Source: Anaeramoeba ignava BMAN (taxonomy: Eukaryota > Protista > Anaeramoebae). From it: a stretch of 64,000 bases of DNA. The first letter of the stretch is position 1, and every line of letters begins with the position of its first letter. The stretch spans positions 744,001 through 808,000 of the forward strand of contig JAPDFW010000081.1 of assembly GCA_028826165.1 (NCBI GenBank), read 5' to 3'. The notes under the pieces are model-generated. The model searched no databases, was not told where the DNA came from, and was given only the letters and a program-made list of their open reading frames with translations. Both the position numbers and the translations under genes were made by a program. Positions 1-13,308 of the stretch are shown here, piece after piece.

Positions 1-11
1 TTTTAAAAAGA

Positions 12-804
12 ATGGAAAAGAAAGAAAAACTTATTGAATCAATTCAAAGTAAAGATAAAGAAAAGATTGAAGAAGTATTTGATGCTAAAACAGCTAAAAA
101 AATATTTCAAGTAATTGAAAAAGGAAAAACTATTGAAATTTTAGCAGCTTTAAAATCAGGTGAAAAAGAAGATCTAGAAAATTTTTTCAAAGAATTAGAA
201 CTTATAGAAGAAGTAAAATTATAAAAATTAGAAAGAAGAAGATTATTTGCAAATTCAAAATAAATTCAATTCAAAAATAAATTCAATTCAAAATAAATTC
301 AATTAAAAATAAATTCAATTCAAAATAAATTCAAAATAAAAATAGAGAAAAAAAGCAGAATTATTAATTGCTCAAATAATTATTAAAATTTGTGAAGAAA
401 TAAATGAAGAAACAGTTAATAAAATACATCAAAATGAAGAACCAAACAAAACCCTTTTCACATTTGGAGCAGGAGCAATAGGATTATTACTTGGAGGATA
501 TCGTGGTGCTTTATTATGTTCACTTTGCACTTATTTAAGCTTAAATTATACTACAAAAAATCAATATGAAAATACTAATCTTAGATTGTCTCGATTTATG
601 TTAAAGCATTTTAGAAATTCTCTTCTTAAAATTGAATCTCCAAGTGATAAAGAAGGAATTACCAAGTTTATTAGTAAAAATAGAAATCAATTTATTGAAA
701 AACTTAAAGAATGGGCTTCAATCGAAAATCCTGAACATTTTGATGATAATGAAGAAGAAGAAGAAGAAAAAGAAGAAAATGATTCAAAAACAGAAAGAAA
801 TTAA
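12..804 (+). CDS. Hypothetical protein with a central glycine-rich hydrophobic segment; 2 exons (12-212, 346-804)
   Basis: Phase-0 GT..AG intron 213-345 joins the 12..224 ORF in frame to the 586..804 ORF; segment FTFGAGAIGLLLGGYRGALLCSL; acidic tail. The start may lie upstream of the window. Confidence 0.6.
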
Positions 805-1277
805 AATTCAAAAATCAAAATCAAAATCAAAATCAAAATCAAAATTCAAATTCAAAAATCAAAAATTTAAATTAAAAATCAAAAATCAAAATAAAAAATC
901 AAAATTCAAAATTCAAAAATCAAATTTAAATTAAAAAAAAATCAAATTCAAAATCAAATTCAAAATCAAATTCAAAAATCTAATTCAAATTTAAATTCAA
1001 ATTCAAAATTCCAAAATTCAAAAAATTCAAAATCAAAAATTAAATTCAAATTAAATTTAAATTCAAAATTAAATTTAAATTCAAAATCAAATTCAAAATT
1101 AAATTAAATTAAAAATCAAATCAAAATCAAATTCAAATTCAAATTCAAATTCAAATTCAAATTCAAAATTCAAAATTAAATCAAAATTCAAAATTCAAAA
1201 TTCAAATTCAAAATTAAATTCAAGTTTCCTTCTTTTCTTGTTTCGTTTCGTTTTGTTTTGTTTTGTTTTGTTTTGTT
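805..1277. repeat. Intergenic (AAAATC/AAATTC/AAAATT)n satellite followed by (GTTTT)n between convergent genes
   Basis: Directly visible degenerate hexamer array. Confidence 0.85.
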
Positions 1278-2365
1278 TTAAATATCTCTTAAAATTGTTT
1301 CTTGTGAAAATTTAAGTAAATCTTGATTTATATCAGGTAAAGATTGAAAAACATAAATTGAATTGATATATTTTCGATTTATGGTTTGTTTTGAACCAGA
1401 AAATAAAACAATATAATGAGTTTCCAATGAAGAACAAACAACATGTCCACCACTTGGAGGAGGCCATTTATATTCTCGATTTTTAACAAAATTTTGATAT
1501 TCACTTTTTTTAAGATCATTTCTAGATAATTCCTTGATTTGATTATTTGGAGTAAGATCATCCCAAATAAGAAAATCCAAATCAAACGAATGCAAATCAC
1601 AAAAATGTTTATCATCAACCATTCCTCCAAAAACCATCATTTTATTTTGAGAATAATCAATCCAACAAGAACAACGATCTCTTGGAGAAGGAGCATTTGG
1701 TTTAATAATTTCAGTCCAAGTTAAAGTTTTTGTCTCGAAAAAATACAAATTATTATAATATCCATTAGCCTGTTCAAATCCTCCAAAAACAACAATCAAA
1801 TCCTTCCAAATAATTGCAGAACAAGAACTTCTAACTGAAGGTATATCTCCATACATTTTATATTTTTCCCATTGGTTTCTCTTAATATTATAACTTATCA
1901 TTTCATTAGTTCTTTTTGCTCCTCCTAAATATCCTCCAAAAAACCAAATTTCTGATGTTTCTTCTTCAAGACAAGCTGTGTGACTATGTCTTCCTTCATA
2001 AGGACAATTTTCCAATTTTTCCATTCAAAATTCTCTAAATCAAGTTCAAATATTTGATTTGAACAATCTCTATTCATTCCTCCAAATAATATCATTTTAT
2101 TTCCATATTGTGTGCATGAATGTCCAAATAAATACTCAGGTTTTTCACCTTTTGCTTCTTTTTTTTCCCATTTTCCTTGTCGAAGATCCATAACCCATAA
2201 ATCTTCATAAATAGATCCAAGACTTAATCCTCCATATATTATTAATTGGTCTTTTTTTGTTAATATTCCTGCTGATTTTATTCTTTCTTCTGGTTCTTCT
2301 AATTCAATTATTGTTTCATTTTCTTCTTGTTTAATTTTTTGCCAACCTTTATTATTAAAAAACAT
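1278..2365 (-). CDS. Kelch-repeat beta-propeller protein, with an apparent 1-bp frameshift at ~2020
   Basis: Repeated kelch motifs (IIYGG, GHSC..ILFGG, RHSH..WFFGG, RSSC..VVFGG, RDRC..MVFGG) across two overlapping ORFs; adding one A to the TGGAAAAATTG run gives FEWKKLENCP. Confidence 0.85.
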
Positions 2366-2540
2366 TTTTTCAATTTTTCAAAAATTAATGAAAAAAATGA
2401 AAAAAATGGAAATAGATTTAATTTAATATTTAATTTAGAAATTAATTTAAAATTATAATTTATTATTTAATTTCATTATTAAAATAATAATTTAATTCAA
2501 AAAAAAGGATAAAATTTTAATTTCAAAAAAATCAATTTTC

Positions 2541-3236
2541 AAAATATTTAAATAATAAAATATTTAAATCTAAAGCAATAAATTATTATTTTAAACATAG
2601 AATTAAATATTAAATTATATTTTTAAATTAATTTCCAAATTAAATATTAAATTAAATCAATTCTTATTTTTATATTTATATGTTAAATATTTAAATAATA
2701 AAATATTTAAATCTAAAACAATAAATTATTATTTTAATAATAAAATTAAATATTAAATTATATTTTTAAATTAATTTATAAATTAAATATTAAATTAAAT
2801 CTATTCTTATTTTTATATTTATATGTTAAATATTTAAATAATAAAATATTTAAATCTAAAACAATAAATTATTATTTTAAACATAGAATTAAATATAAAA
2901 TTATATTTTTAAAATAATTTCCAAATTAAATATTAAATTAAATCTATTCTTATTTTTTATATTTATATGTTAAATATTTAAATAAGAAAATATTTAAATC
3001 TAAAACATTAAATTATTATTTTAATAATAGAATTAAATATTAAATTATATTTTTAAATTAATTTAAAAATTAAATATTAAATTAAATCTATTCTTATTTT
3101 TTATATTTATATGTTAAATATTTAAATAATAAAATATTTAAATATAAAACAACAAATTATTATTTTAATAATAAAATTAAATATTAAATTATATTTATAA
3201 ATTAATTTCCAAATTAAATATTAAATAAATCTATTT
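2541..3236. repeat. Tandem minisatellite, ~143-144 bp unit, ~5 copies
   Basis: TGTTAAATATTTAAATAA recurs at 2681, 2824, 2968 and 3112, with near-identical sequence in between. Confidence 0.9.
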
Positions 3237-3280
3237 TAATTTTTTCATTTTTTTTTTCATTTTTTTCTTTAATTAATTAA

Positions 3281-5998
3281 ATGGAAGAAATAAAAGAACC
3301 ACCATTTTGGGTTATTGTATTATTTTCTTTTAGTCCAAATAGAGCAGACGAAATTGAATTACAAGAAGGAGATTATGTTTGGGTTACAAGTTCTCCAGAA
3401 GAAGAATGGTATTTTGGAGATCTTTATCAAAATAATGAATTTGTATCAAGTGGTTTATTTCCTGCAAATTTTGTTGCTCCATTAAGTCCAGATGATCATG
3501 ATTTGTAGTTTTCTTTTGCAAATTTTATTTTTATTCTGATTCATTCATTTAATTTTCTTTTTCATTTATTTTTTAGATTAACTGCAAAAGAAAAAGAAAA
3601 TGAAAAAGAAAAAGAAAATCAAAATCAAAATCAAAATGAAAATGAAAATCAAAATCAAAATGAAAATCAAAATGAAAATGAAAATGAAAATGAAAATGAA
3701 AATGAAAATCAAAATGAAAATGAAAAAGAAAAAGAAAAAGAAAATCAAAATGAAAATGAAAATCAAAATGAAAATGAAAATCAAAATGAAAATCAAAATC
3801 AAAATGAAAATCAAAATCAAAATCAAAATCAAAATCAAAATCAAAATCAAAATCAAAATCAAAATCAAAATCAAAATGAAAACGAAAATCAAAATCAAAA
3901 TCAAAATCAAAATCAAAATCAAAATGAAAACGAAAATCAAAATCAAAATCAAAATCAAAATGAAAATCAAAATGAAAATCAAAATGAAAAAGAAAAAGAA
4001 AAAGAAAAAGAAAAAGAAAAAGAAAATCAAAATATCCAAAAATTTCCTTCAATTCCAGAATTTTCTTTTCTTCAAGTCCAAGATTTGGAAAAAAATCAAT
4101 TATTAGAATCATTTGTTGGATTTTCTTTTGATTTTTTAGATCATTCAAAAATTTTTCATCAAGGAATTCTTTCTTTAAAAAAAAATGATGAAAAAAATTG
4201 GAATCGATTACATTTTCGATTATATCCTGAATCACTTGAATGTTATTTAACACCAATAGTATCCAATTTTAATCCAAAATTCAAAAAATTTTAAATCCAA
4301 AATTCAAAAAAATTTTAATCCAAAATTCAAAAAATTTTAAATCAAAAAATTTTAAATCAAAAATTCAAAAAATTTTAAATCAAAAAAATTTAAAATTTGA
4401 TTTAGTCACATTATCCTATTGATTTAATTATTTTATCAGAAGCAACAGTCAATCAATATTGTACATCTAAAAATATTTTTAATGTTCAAACTCCAACTAC
4501 AATATGGTATATTTGTTCATCTCTTTTTTCTGAACAATTTGAATGGATAAGCTCAATTTTAAAACAAGTCAGATATTCCAAAAATCGAGTATTGATCTTT
4601 ATTACAGAAAAATTGTTTATTTAATTTTTTTTATTATTCGAAATTCAAATTAATTAATTCAATTATTTTTTCCATTTAGAAAGCAAATAAAATGAAAATA
4701 TTACAAGAAATTCAAGAACAAAAATCAGCAAATCAATCGAATTCTTTAGAAAAAATCCCACAAAAAAAATTACAAAAAGAAAATACAAAAAATGGAGAAT
4801 TAAAAACGAAGTCTAAAACAACTAAATCTTCAAAAAGAAGAAGTAAAGAATTAATCAAATAATATTCAAATAATTTTTAAATCATTTATATATATTTTTC
4901 AACATTCAAAAAAGCAACCAAATTACGAAAATACAAAACAAATCCGGAACAAATTTTAAATACTAAACAATTTGGTGTTTGTTTCAAGGAAATTCTCAAA
5001 AAGGAAAAAAGTAAAATACCCAAAATTGTTACAGAATCTATTGAATTTTTAGAAAAAAAGGGTATTTAAAAAAAAGCTAAAAGCAATCCAAAAATTCAAA
5101 CAATTTATTTTTCTTGTAATTTTAATTTTTATTAAAGGAATGAATGAAGAAGGACTTTTTAGAATTTCAGGAAATCAAACACAAATCAATTTGTATCATG
5201 ATTTACTAAATAGAGGTAAATTAGTAATTAATATTTTTAAATATTTTTAAATATTTTTAAATATTTATTAATATTTTTAAATATTTTTAAATATTTAAGG
5301 AGCACCAATTGATTTTTCACAAGAATTAAATCCACATAATATTTCTTCTTTACTTAAACTTTGGATTCGTGAATTGCCTGAGCCTTTAATTTCTAAAGAA
5401 TTTTATGAAGATTTTTTAGTTGCTCAAGGTAGAAATAATTTTCACAATTAAAATAAACTGAAAATATATTTTCGAATCAAATGATTTAATTTATACACAA
5501 ATTTTTTTGATTTAAATAGATAAACCTCAAAAAGAAAAAGTTGAAAAAACAAAAGAACTTGTTATGAAATTACCAAAACAAAATAAAATTATACTTAATT
5601 ATCTCTTCAAATTTCTTCAGAAAGTTTCCACAACAAAACAAATTAAAATGGATGTTTCAAATCTTGCAATAGTTTTTGGACCAACTGTTTGTACAAGAAA
5701 TGATACAAATCAATTTTTTTTAAAATTTATGAAACATCAATCGAAATTGATTGAAACTTTTATAGAAGAAGCAGATTATATTTTTGGAAGAAGTTCAACA
5801 CCTAAATTTGAACAAAAAGAAAAAGAAAAAGAAAAAGAAAATCAAAAAGAAAATTCAACTCAAAAAAATGAGTCAATCAAAAATCCAAAAGATCAAGATG
5901 ATTTAAGTGATTTTTCAGAACAAGATGAAATTGAAAAAGAATACTTGATTTCTCAAACTCAAGAATCAGAAAAACAAACCCAATCAAAAACAAATTGA
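3281..5998 (+). CDS. SH3 + N/Q/E tract + PH + RhoGAP domain protein (8 exons)
   Basis: SH3 (LFSFSPNRADEIELQEGD..EEWYFG..GLFPANFV); PH (HQGILSLK..WNRLHFRL..EWISSI); RhoGAP (FGV..IPKIV..EEGLFRISG..SSLLKLWIRELPEPL..KMDVSNLAIVFGPT). Introns 3505-3576, 4259-4405, 4589-4679, 4843-4914, 5062-5137, 5216-5299, 5429-5519. Confidence 0.9.
3585..4032 (+). repeat. Coding hexamer repeat (AAAATC/AAAATG/AAAAAG)n encoding a ~150-aa N/Q/E/K tract
   Basis: The frame from 3578 stays open and is in phase with the PH-domain ORF at 4085. Confidence 0.85.
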
Positions 5999-6355
5999 AA
6001 TTATTATTTTTCTTTTTTAATCATTTTTTAAAGAAACGTTAATTTAATCCAAAAAAGAAAAGAATAAAAAAAAAGTTGAATTTTTTGTTGACTTCCTTTT
6101 TTTATTCTTTTTTATTTAATTTAATTTAATTAATTCAAAAAAAAATTAAAACTCAAAAAAGTGAAAAATAAATAAAAAGGAATTTTTGATCGATTACGTT
6201 TACAAATTTAATTAAAAAATTTTTTTCTTTTTTTTTTCTTTAATTTAAAAAAATTTTTTTTTCTTTTGAAAAGATCATTTTTTTCTTTTAAATTTTTGTT
6301 TTTAAAATAAAAATATAAATAAAATAAAACAATTAAAAACAAAAAGAGAATTAAA

Positions 6356-9300
6356 ATGAAACAAAAATCAATCAAATCAACTCCAAATACAGAAATTCAT
6401 GCAAACATTTTTTCTAGATTAACTTTTTCGTGGTTTGGTTTAATCCCTAAAATTGGATATAAAAGACAACTTGTACAAAGTGATTTATTTGAACTTAGAC
6501 CACAAGATAACACTTCAGCAATAACAACAACTCTTGAACCTTATTGGCAAGAAGAAAGAAAGAAACCTTTGTAAGTTTTTAAAAACAACAAAAAAATAAA
6601 AAATTCATCAAATCAAATTTAATTAAAATTTAATTTATATTTAATTTATATTTAATTTATATTTAATTTATATTTAATTTATATTTAATTTAAATTCGTC
6701 ATTCAAATTAAAATTTAATTAAAATCCAATTTATATTTAATTTATATTTAATTTATATTTAATTAATCCAAATTCCATCAAATCAAATTTAATTTATATT
6801 TAATTTATATTTAATTTATATTTAATTTATATTTAATTTATATTCAATTAAAATTTAATTTAAAATTAAAATTAAAATTATTTTTATGTTTTTAATTCTT
6901 TTTAGTCCAAAATTGATGAACTCTTTAAAAAAACAATTCAAAAAAAATCTTCTTCTTGGAGGAATTCCAAAATTCCTTTCAGACACTTGTGCAATTATTA
7001 ATCCACTTCTTCTTCAACAATTAATCAAATATATGAGTGATTCTTCAGCCTCTAAATCAACAGGAATAATTTTGATTATTTTTCTTTTTTTGACAGGAAT
7101 ACTTCGAACATTTTTTGACAATACATTCTTAGATCAAGTTATAAAAGTAGGATATCGAGCACGTTCAGGATTAACATCATTAATTTATAGAAAATCATTG
7201 TTAATAAATAGAAAAATTACTGATCCAAAAGATGCAAAAAAAGCACCTCCAAAACCTGAACCAAAAAAAGAAGAAGAACTGAAAAAAGAAGAAGAACTGA
7301 AAAAAGAAGATGAATTGAAAAAAGAAGATGAACTGAAAAAAGAAGATGAATTGAAAAAAGAAGATGAATTGAAAAAAGAAAATGAGAAAAAAGAAAAAAA
7401 AAAGAAGAAGAAAAAATTAAGTCGAAAAGAAAGAAAAGCTTTAGCAAAAAAACAAAACGAAGAGCAAATCAAATCAAATTTATCAAGTACAGGTCAAATA
7501 GTCAATTTAATGACAGCAGATGTCAGTAAAATTCAAGAAGCTTCAATGTTCTTTCATTTTCTTTGGTGCTCACCAATAGTTGTTATAGTTGCTTTGGCAT
7601 TATTAATCAATTTACTTGGACCAGCTGCTCTTGTTGGATTTGGAGTATTAGTGATATCATTCCCAATCAATGCGACGATTTTTAAAAAATTCACCAAAAA
7701 AAATATTCTTTACATGATGCAATCAGATTCAAGAATCAAGGTTATTAACGAATTACTCCAGGGAATAAGAGTAATCAAGTTTTATGCGTGGGAAAAGATT
7801 TTCAGGAAAAAAGCGTTTGATCTTCGAGAGAAAGAACTTGGAAATTTGAAAACTCTTCTATTTCTCAGAATGTCTTTAATGGTTCTTTTTACTGTTCTTC
7901 CCCTTTTAACCGCCGCTTCAACTTTTGTTGTTTATGGAGCTACTGGGAAGCAAATGACAGCTGAAAAGGTGTTTACTTCTGTTGCTCTTTTTGGATTGAT
8001 TCGAGCACAGCTTCTTTTTCTTCCTTGGGCAATGGTTTCCATTTCAAATTTCAAGGTATCAATGAAAAGAATTGAGATGTTTCTTTTGTCTTCTGAGCTT
8101 CCAGAAGAAAATATGGAGATTCATAGGCAACGAATTGATCCTAATTCAAATGATGTTCAAATAACGATCCAAAATGGGTCTTTTACTTACGATACAGATA
8201 ATAATAACAATAACAATAATAATAATAATAATGATAAAAAAAAAGATGAAATTATTATTGAAAAAGAACTTCCTTTAGAAGAACAAAAATCACAACAACA
8301 AGTTCTACTTAAAAATATCTCAGTTGATATAGAACCAACTAAATTAACAATGGTTATCGGTCCTGTTGGCTCTGGTAAATCTTCTTTACTAGCTGCAATT
8401 TTAGGAGAAATGATCCAACTTCAAGGAAAAACAAGTATAAAAGGTTCAATAGCTTATGCTTCACAGGAAGCTTGGATCCAAAACGGAACTGTTAAAGAAA
8501 ATATCTTGTTTGGAAAGAGTTTCGATAAAAAGAGATATGATCAAGTTCTTGAATCGTGTGCTCTTGTTCCTGATCTTGCAGTTTTGCCAGGAGGTGATTC
8601 AACGGAAATTGGAGAAAAAGGAGTGAATATTTCAGGAGGTCAAAAACAAAGAATATCTCTTGCAAGAGCAATTTATTCCGATGCAGATATTTTTCTTTTT
8701 GATGATCCACTTAGTGCTGTTGATGCACATGTAGGAAGACATATTTTTGATCAGGCTATTCTTGGAAAAGTTCTTCAGAAAAAAACTCGAATTCTTGTTA
8801 CTCATCAATTACAATATCTTCCTCATTCGGATTTTATTATTGTTGTTAAAGATGGAGAAATTTTTGCAAAGGGAGGATTCGAAGAATTAGTTCGTAAAGG
8901 AGTTGATTTCTCAAATTTATTGGGAGATCAGCAACTAGAAGAATCAGAGACATCAGATGATGATATTTTAGATGATAATATTGATAATGTTGATAATAAT
9001 GATAATATTGATAATATTGATTATCTTGATGATGATCATCGCAAAAAACACAAAAAAAAGAAAAAAGAAGCAATCAAATGGATTGATCTTCAACCAGAGA
9101 CAGAATCAGATAGTTTTGCAGATAATTCCGAAAAGGAAATGGATATTGAACTAGCAAATGGAAATAAAGAAAAAGAAAAAGAGACTCGAAGCAAAAAATT
9201 AGACAGTAAAAAAGCGGAACTTATCAAAGAAGAAGAACGAGAATTTGGAGCTGTTTCTTCTTATTATTATAAACGGTACATCAAAATTGCAGGAGGATGT

Positions 9301-11338
9301 TGTCTTGCGTTTTTTGTGATTTTGTCGCTTGTTCTAAGAGAATCTTTCCGAGTTTCAGCAGATTATTGGCTTGCTATCTGGACTGATGGGACGATTTTCC
9401 ACGACAAAACAGATAAATTTTATGTGGGAGTTTATGCGGGGATTTCATGTGGAATGTTCTTGTTTGCATTTCTTCAATCTTCTCTTTATATTCTTGGTGC
9501 AATTCGGGCATCAAGAAGAACACTTCATGATTTGCTATTTGCAATAACAAGAGCACCAACAAGATTTTTTGACACCACACCTATTGGAAGAATTTTGAAC
9601 CGATTTTCCAAAGATATTATGTATATTGATATTTTTGTGCCTGTTTCTTTTGAGAATTTCTTTTCCGTTCTGATGACTATAATTTCTATTTTTCTTGTAA
9701 TCGTCAGTGTTGCTCCTTATTTCCTAATTCCTTTGGTAATTATTCTCTATATTTATTACAAGTTTCTTCAATATTACCGAGCAACATCAAGAGAGCTTCA
9801 AAGATTGGAATCAGTATCAAGATCACCTGTTTATAATAATTTCTCAGAAACTTTAGCAGGCTTATCAACAATTCGCGCCTTTCGAAAACAAAGGGAATTT
9901 ATTGAAATCAATGACACAAGAGTCGATGAAAATACAAAAGCAATTTATTGCAATTTTGCTTCGAATCGATGGCTGGGAATTCGTCTTGAATCAATATCTG
10001 CTTTTATTGTTCTTTTTACTGCCATTCTTATCACAATGCAAAGAGATTCATTGAATCCTTCTTTTGCTGCTCTTGGTTTAACATACAGTTTACAAGTTAC
10101 TTGGATGTTGAATGCGATTGTGCGAAATGGCGCAATGCTTGAGCAACATATGAATTCTGTTGAAAGATGTTTTGAATTTTCTGAAATTGAATCAGAAAAA
10201 CCAGAAATTATTCCTGAACATCGACCACCAAATAATTGGCCAAGTTTAGGGAAAATTAAATTTGATAGAGTTTGTATGAGATATAGAGAAGGACTTCCAT
10301 CAGTTCTTAGGAAAGTATCAGCAACTATTCAACCACAAGAAAAAGTAGGAATTGTTGGAAGAACTGGAAGCGGTAAATTCATTTAAAAATAAAATTAAAA
10401 TTAAAATTATAGTTTTGACTTTAAACCGGGACACCAAACATAATCCGAGACAGGCGGGGGTTTAAAAGAAAAACCTGTTTTTAATCCGAGACACTTTCCG
10501 GGATCGAAGGAAAAATTTCAAAAAAGTTCAAAAAATTTGTCTGTCCAGAATATATCCTAAAAAAATTTTTTTTATTTGCCATCTAAAATGAATAATGTGT
10601 CTCGGATTATGTTTGGTGTCCCGGTTTAAAGTCAAAACTATAAAATTAAAATCAAAAATTCATTTAAAAATTTAAATCAAAATAGGAAAATCAAGTTTAA
10701 TGCTTTCTTTATTTAGAATCGTGGAAATTTATAGAGGTAAAATTGAAATTGATGGAATTGATATATCAACAATCGGACTTAAGGATCTTAGAGATAAACT
10801 TGCAATTATCCCACAAGATGTTGTAATGTTTACAGGAACAGTTAGAGAAAATTTAGATCCAACTAAACAATATAGTGATGAAAAAATTTGGGAAGTTTTG
10901 GAACATGTTCATTTATATGAAAAAATTCAAGGTTTAGAACAACAATTAGAAACAAAAGTAACAGAAGGAGGAGATAATTTTTCAGCAGGAGAAAAACAAT
11001 TGATTTGTTTAGCAAGAGCTTTGTTAAAACATCCTCGAATTCTTGTTTTGGATGAAGCAACATCTTCTATTGATACTCAAACTGATTCATTAATTCAAAA
11101 AACAATAAGAGAACAATTTAAAGATTGTACAGTTTTAACAATTGCTCATCGTTTACATACAATTATGGATTCAGATCGAATTATGTGTTTGGAAAATGGA
11201 AAAATTAGAGAATTTGATAAACCTTCTCTTTTACTTAGAAATCCAAATGGTTTATTATCTCAACTTGTTCATAAAACTGGTCCAACAACTGAAGCTCATT
11301 TAAAAAGGATTGCAAATGGTGAAGAAAGTATTATTTAG
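6356..11338 (+). CDS. ABCC: ABCC/MRP-family ABC transporter (short form without TMD0); exons 6356-6570, 6906-10372, 10686-11338
   Basis: Lasso motif ANIFSRLTFSWF; TMD1; NBD1 (GPVGSGKSS, ISGGQKQR, LFDDPLSAVD); TMD2 (FFDTTPIGRILNRFSKD); NBD2 (GRTGSGKSS split by intron, FSAGEKQ, VLDEAT, IAHRL). Confidence 0.95.
7264..7385 (+). repeat. Coding 18-bp tandem repeat (KKEEEL/KKEDEL x6-7) inserted in TMD1 of ABCC
   Basis: AAAAAAGAAGA(A/T)GAA(C/T)TG units. Confidence 0.85.
10410..10640. mobile_element. MITE (non-autonomous DNA transposon, Tc1/mariner-type TA target), 231 bp, in ABCC intron 2
   Basis: Perfect 43-bp TIRs TAGTTTTGACTTTAAACCGGGACACCAAACATAATCCGAGACA (10410-10452) and its reverse complement (10598-10640); TA on both flanks; excision restores an uninterrupted (AAAATT)n array. 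Confidence 0.92.
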
Positions 11339-11617
11339 ATTCAAATATCAAATATCAAAAATTAAAAAGAAAAGAAGAAAAGAATTGAAGAAAAGAATTG
11401 CTTTTTTTTTTCATCAAATTTTTTAATTTTTGATTTGATTTGATTTAGTTTAAATTGAATGAAATTTTCCACTTCTTTTATTCCACTTTTTTTTTTTTCT
11501 TTTTTTTTTTTTTAAAATCAAAATTAGTAATTATTATGAATTAAATTTTTTTTTTCATTTTTTTTTTTTCATTTTTTTCTTTCTTTCTCTTTTCTTTTTC
11601 TTTGTTTTTTTGTGTTT

Positions 11618-12898
11618 ATGGCAGCTCCTGAATATGATTTTTTAATGAAACTCTTGCTAATTGGAGATAGTGGTGTTGGAAAAACTGCTATTCTTTTAAG
11701 ATTTGCTGTTTGTTATTCTTTTATTTTAAAGAGAAAAAAAAATTAAAAATTAAAAAAAAATAAAAAAAAAACGTTTTTTTCAATTTTAATAGGAAGATAC
11801 TTTTACACCAAGTTTTATTACAACAATTGGGTTTGATTTTCTTTTATTTTTCTTTTATTTTTCTTTTATTTTTCTTTTATTTATTTTTCTTTTTTGTTTT
11901 TTTTTTAGAATTGATTTCAAAATTAAAATTATCGAGTTGGATTCAATGAAAATAAAGCTTCAAGTTTGGGTAAATTTTTTTTTTGTGAATCTTTTATCAA
12001 TGTCATGTTAATGTCAACAAATTGAATATTAAAATAATTTATTATTTTGTTTTTTTATTTTTTCCATTTTTTTTAGGATACTGCTGGACAAGAAAGATTC
12101 AGGACAATAACAAATGGTTTGTTATTTATAATTTTATAAATGAATTTTAATTTTATAAATGAATTTTAATTTTATAAATTGAATTTTAATTTTATAAATG
12201 AATTTTAAATTTAATTTTAATTTATAAATGAATTTTAATTTTAATTTTATAAATGAATTTTAATTTTAATTTTATAAATGAATTTTAATTTTAATTTTAT
12301 AAATGAATTTTAATTATAAATGAATTTTAAATTTAATTTTAATTTTAATTTAAATTTTAATTTTAATTTTATTTTATAAATGAATTTTAAATTTAATTTT
12401 AATTTTATAAATGAAATTTAATTTTATAAATGAAATTTAATTTTATAAATGAATTTTAATTTTATAAATGAATTTTAATTTTATAAATGAATTTTATATT
12501 GAATTTTAAAAGCATATTATCGAGGAGCAATGGGAATTCTTTTAGTTTATGATGTAACAGATGAATCCTCATTTAATAATGTTCGTAATTGGATCAAAAA
12601 CATAGAAAAACATGCAAGTGAAAATGTATCAAAAATTCTAATAGGAAACAAAAGCGATCTAACAGATCAAAAAGTAATAGAAACAGTAAGAGGAAAAGCA
12701 TTAGCAGATGAATTTGGAATGCCGTTTATTGAAACATCAGCAAAAGATAAAACAAATATTGAAACAGCTTTTCGAGCTGTTGCTAAAGATATCAAAAAGA
12801 AATCTTTTCAAGATCAAACAATCCATCAAGAAAATAATCAAATTAACTTTGAATCTGGAGAAAATCCAAAAAATTCTAAGAAAAAAGGTTGCTGTTAA
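11618..12898 (+). CDS. RAB8: Rab8/Sec4-like small GTPase (5 exons)
   Basis: [67 protein letters not shown]-terminal GCC; introns 11708-11792, 11831-11908, 11970-12076, 12117-12512. Confidence 0.92.
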
Positions 12899-13308
12899 TA
12901 ACTTTAATTTCTTTTATAACAACTTGATGGTTTGTTCCATTTATACTTTTTTTTTTTCTTTCTTTAAATTCAAATGATCCTTTTTTTTTTTAAATTCAAA
13001 TGATCCTTTTTTTTTTTTCTTGCAATTTTTTTTTTTAAAAAAGTTTCATTTTATTTCTTTTCTTTTCTTTTCTTTTCAAGTATAAACTCTTACTTCGAAA
13101 AATTAATTTGATTTAATCAAGTTTTTTTTTCGAAGTTTAAAAAAAAAAAATTTCAATCCAAAATTTCAATTAAAAAATTTCAATTCAAAATTTCATTATT
13201 TGAAATGAAAAACAAAATCAAAAGAAAAATCATAAGGAAGTTTGTCACACAAACAAAATTAGAAAAAGTGAAAAAAAAAAAAAAAAAAAAAGGATAAGAA
13301 AAAGAAAT

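Noticed and set aside
2541-3236. Regularly spaced repeats as a CRISPR array
   Set aside because: Whole units are repeated with no unique spacers; no cas genes; eukaryotic context
3573-4256. Long ORFs of poly(FD/FH), poly(IL/IF), poly(KI/KM), also at 20098, 21368-21749, 28802, 31174, 49505-50413 and 59368-60141
   Set aside because: Alternative-frame or antisense readings of hexamer/12-mer satellites; no domain content
6886-10386. Intein in the ABCC transporter or other insert-bearing proteins
   Set aside because: Inserts are low-complexity charged or Asn tracts with no Hint-domain or terminal His-Asn motifs
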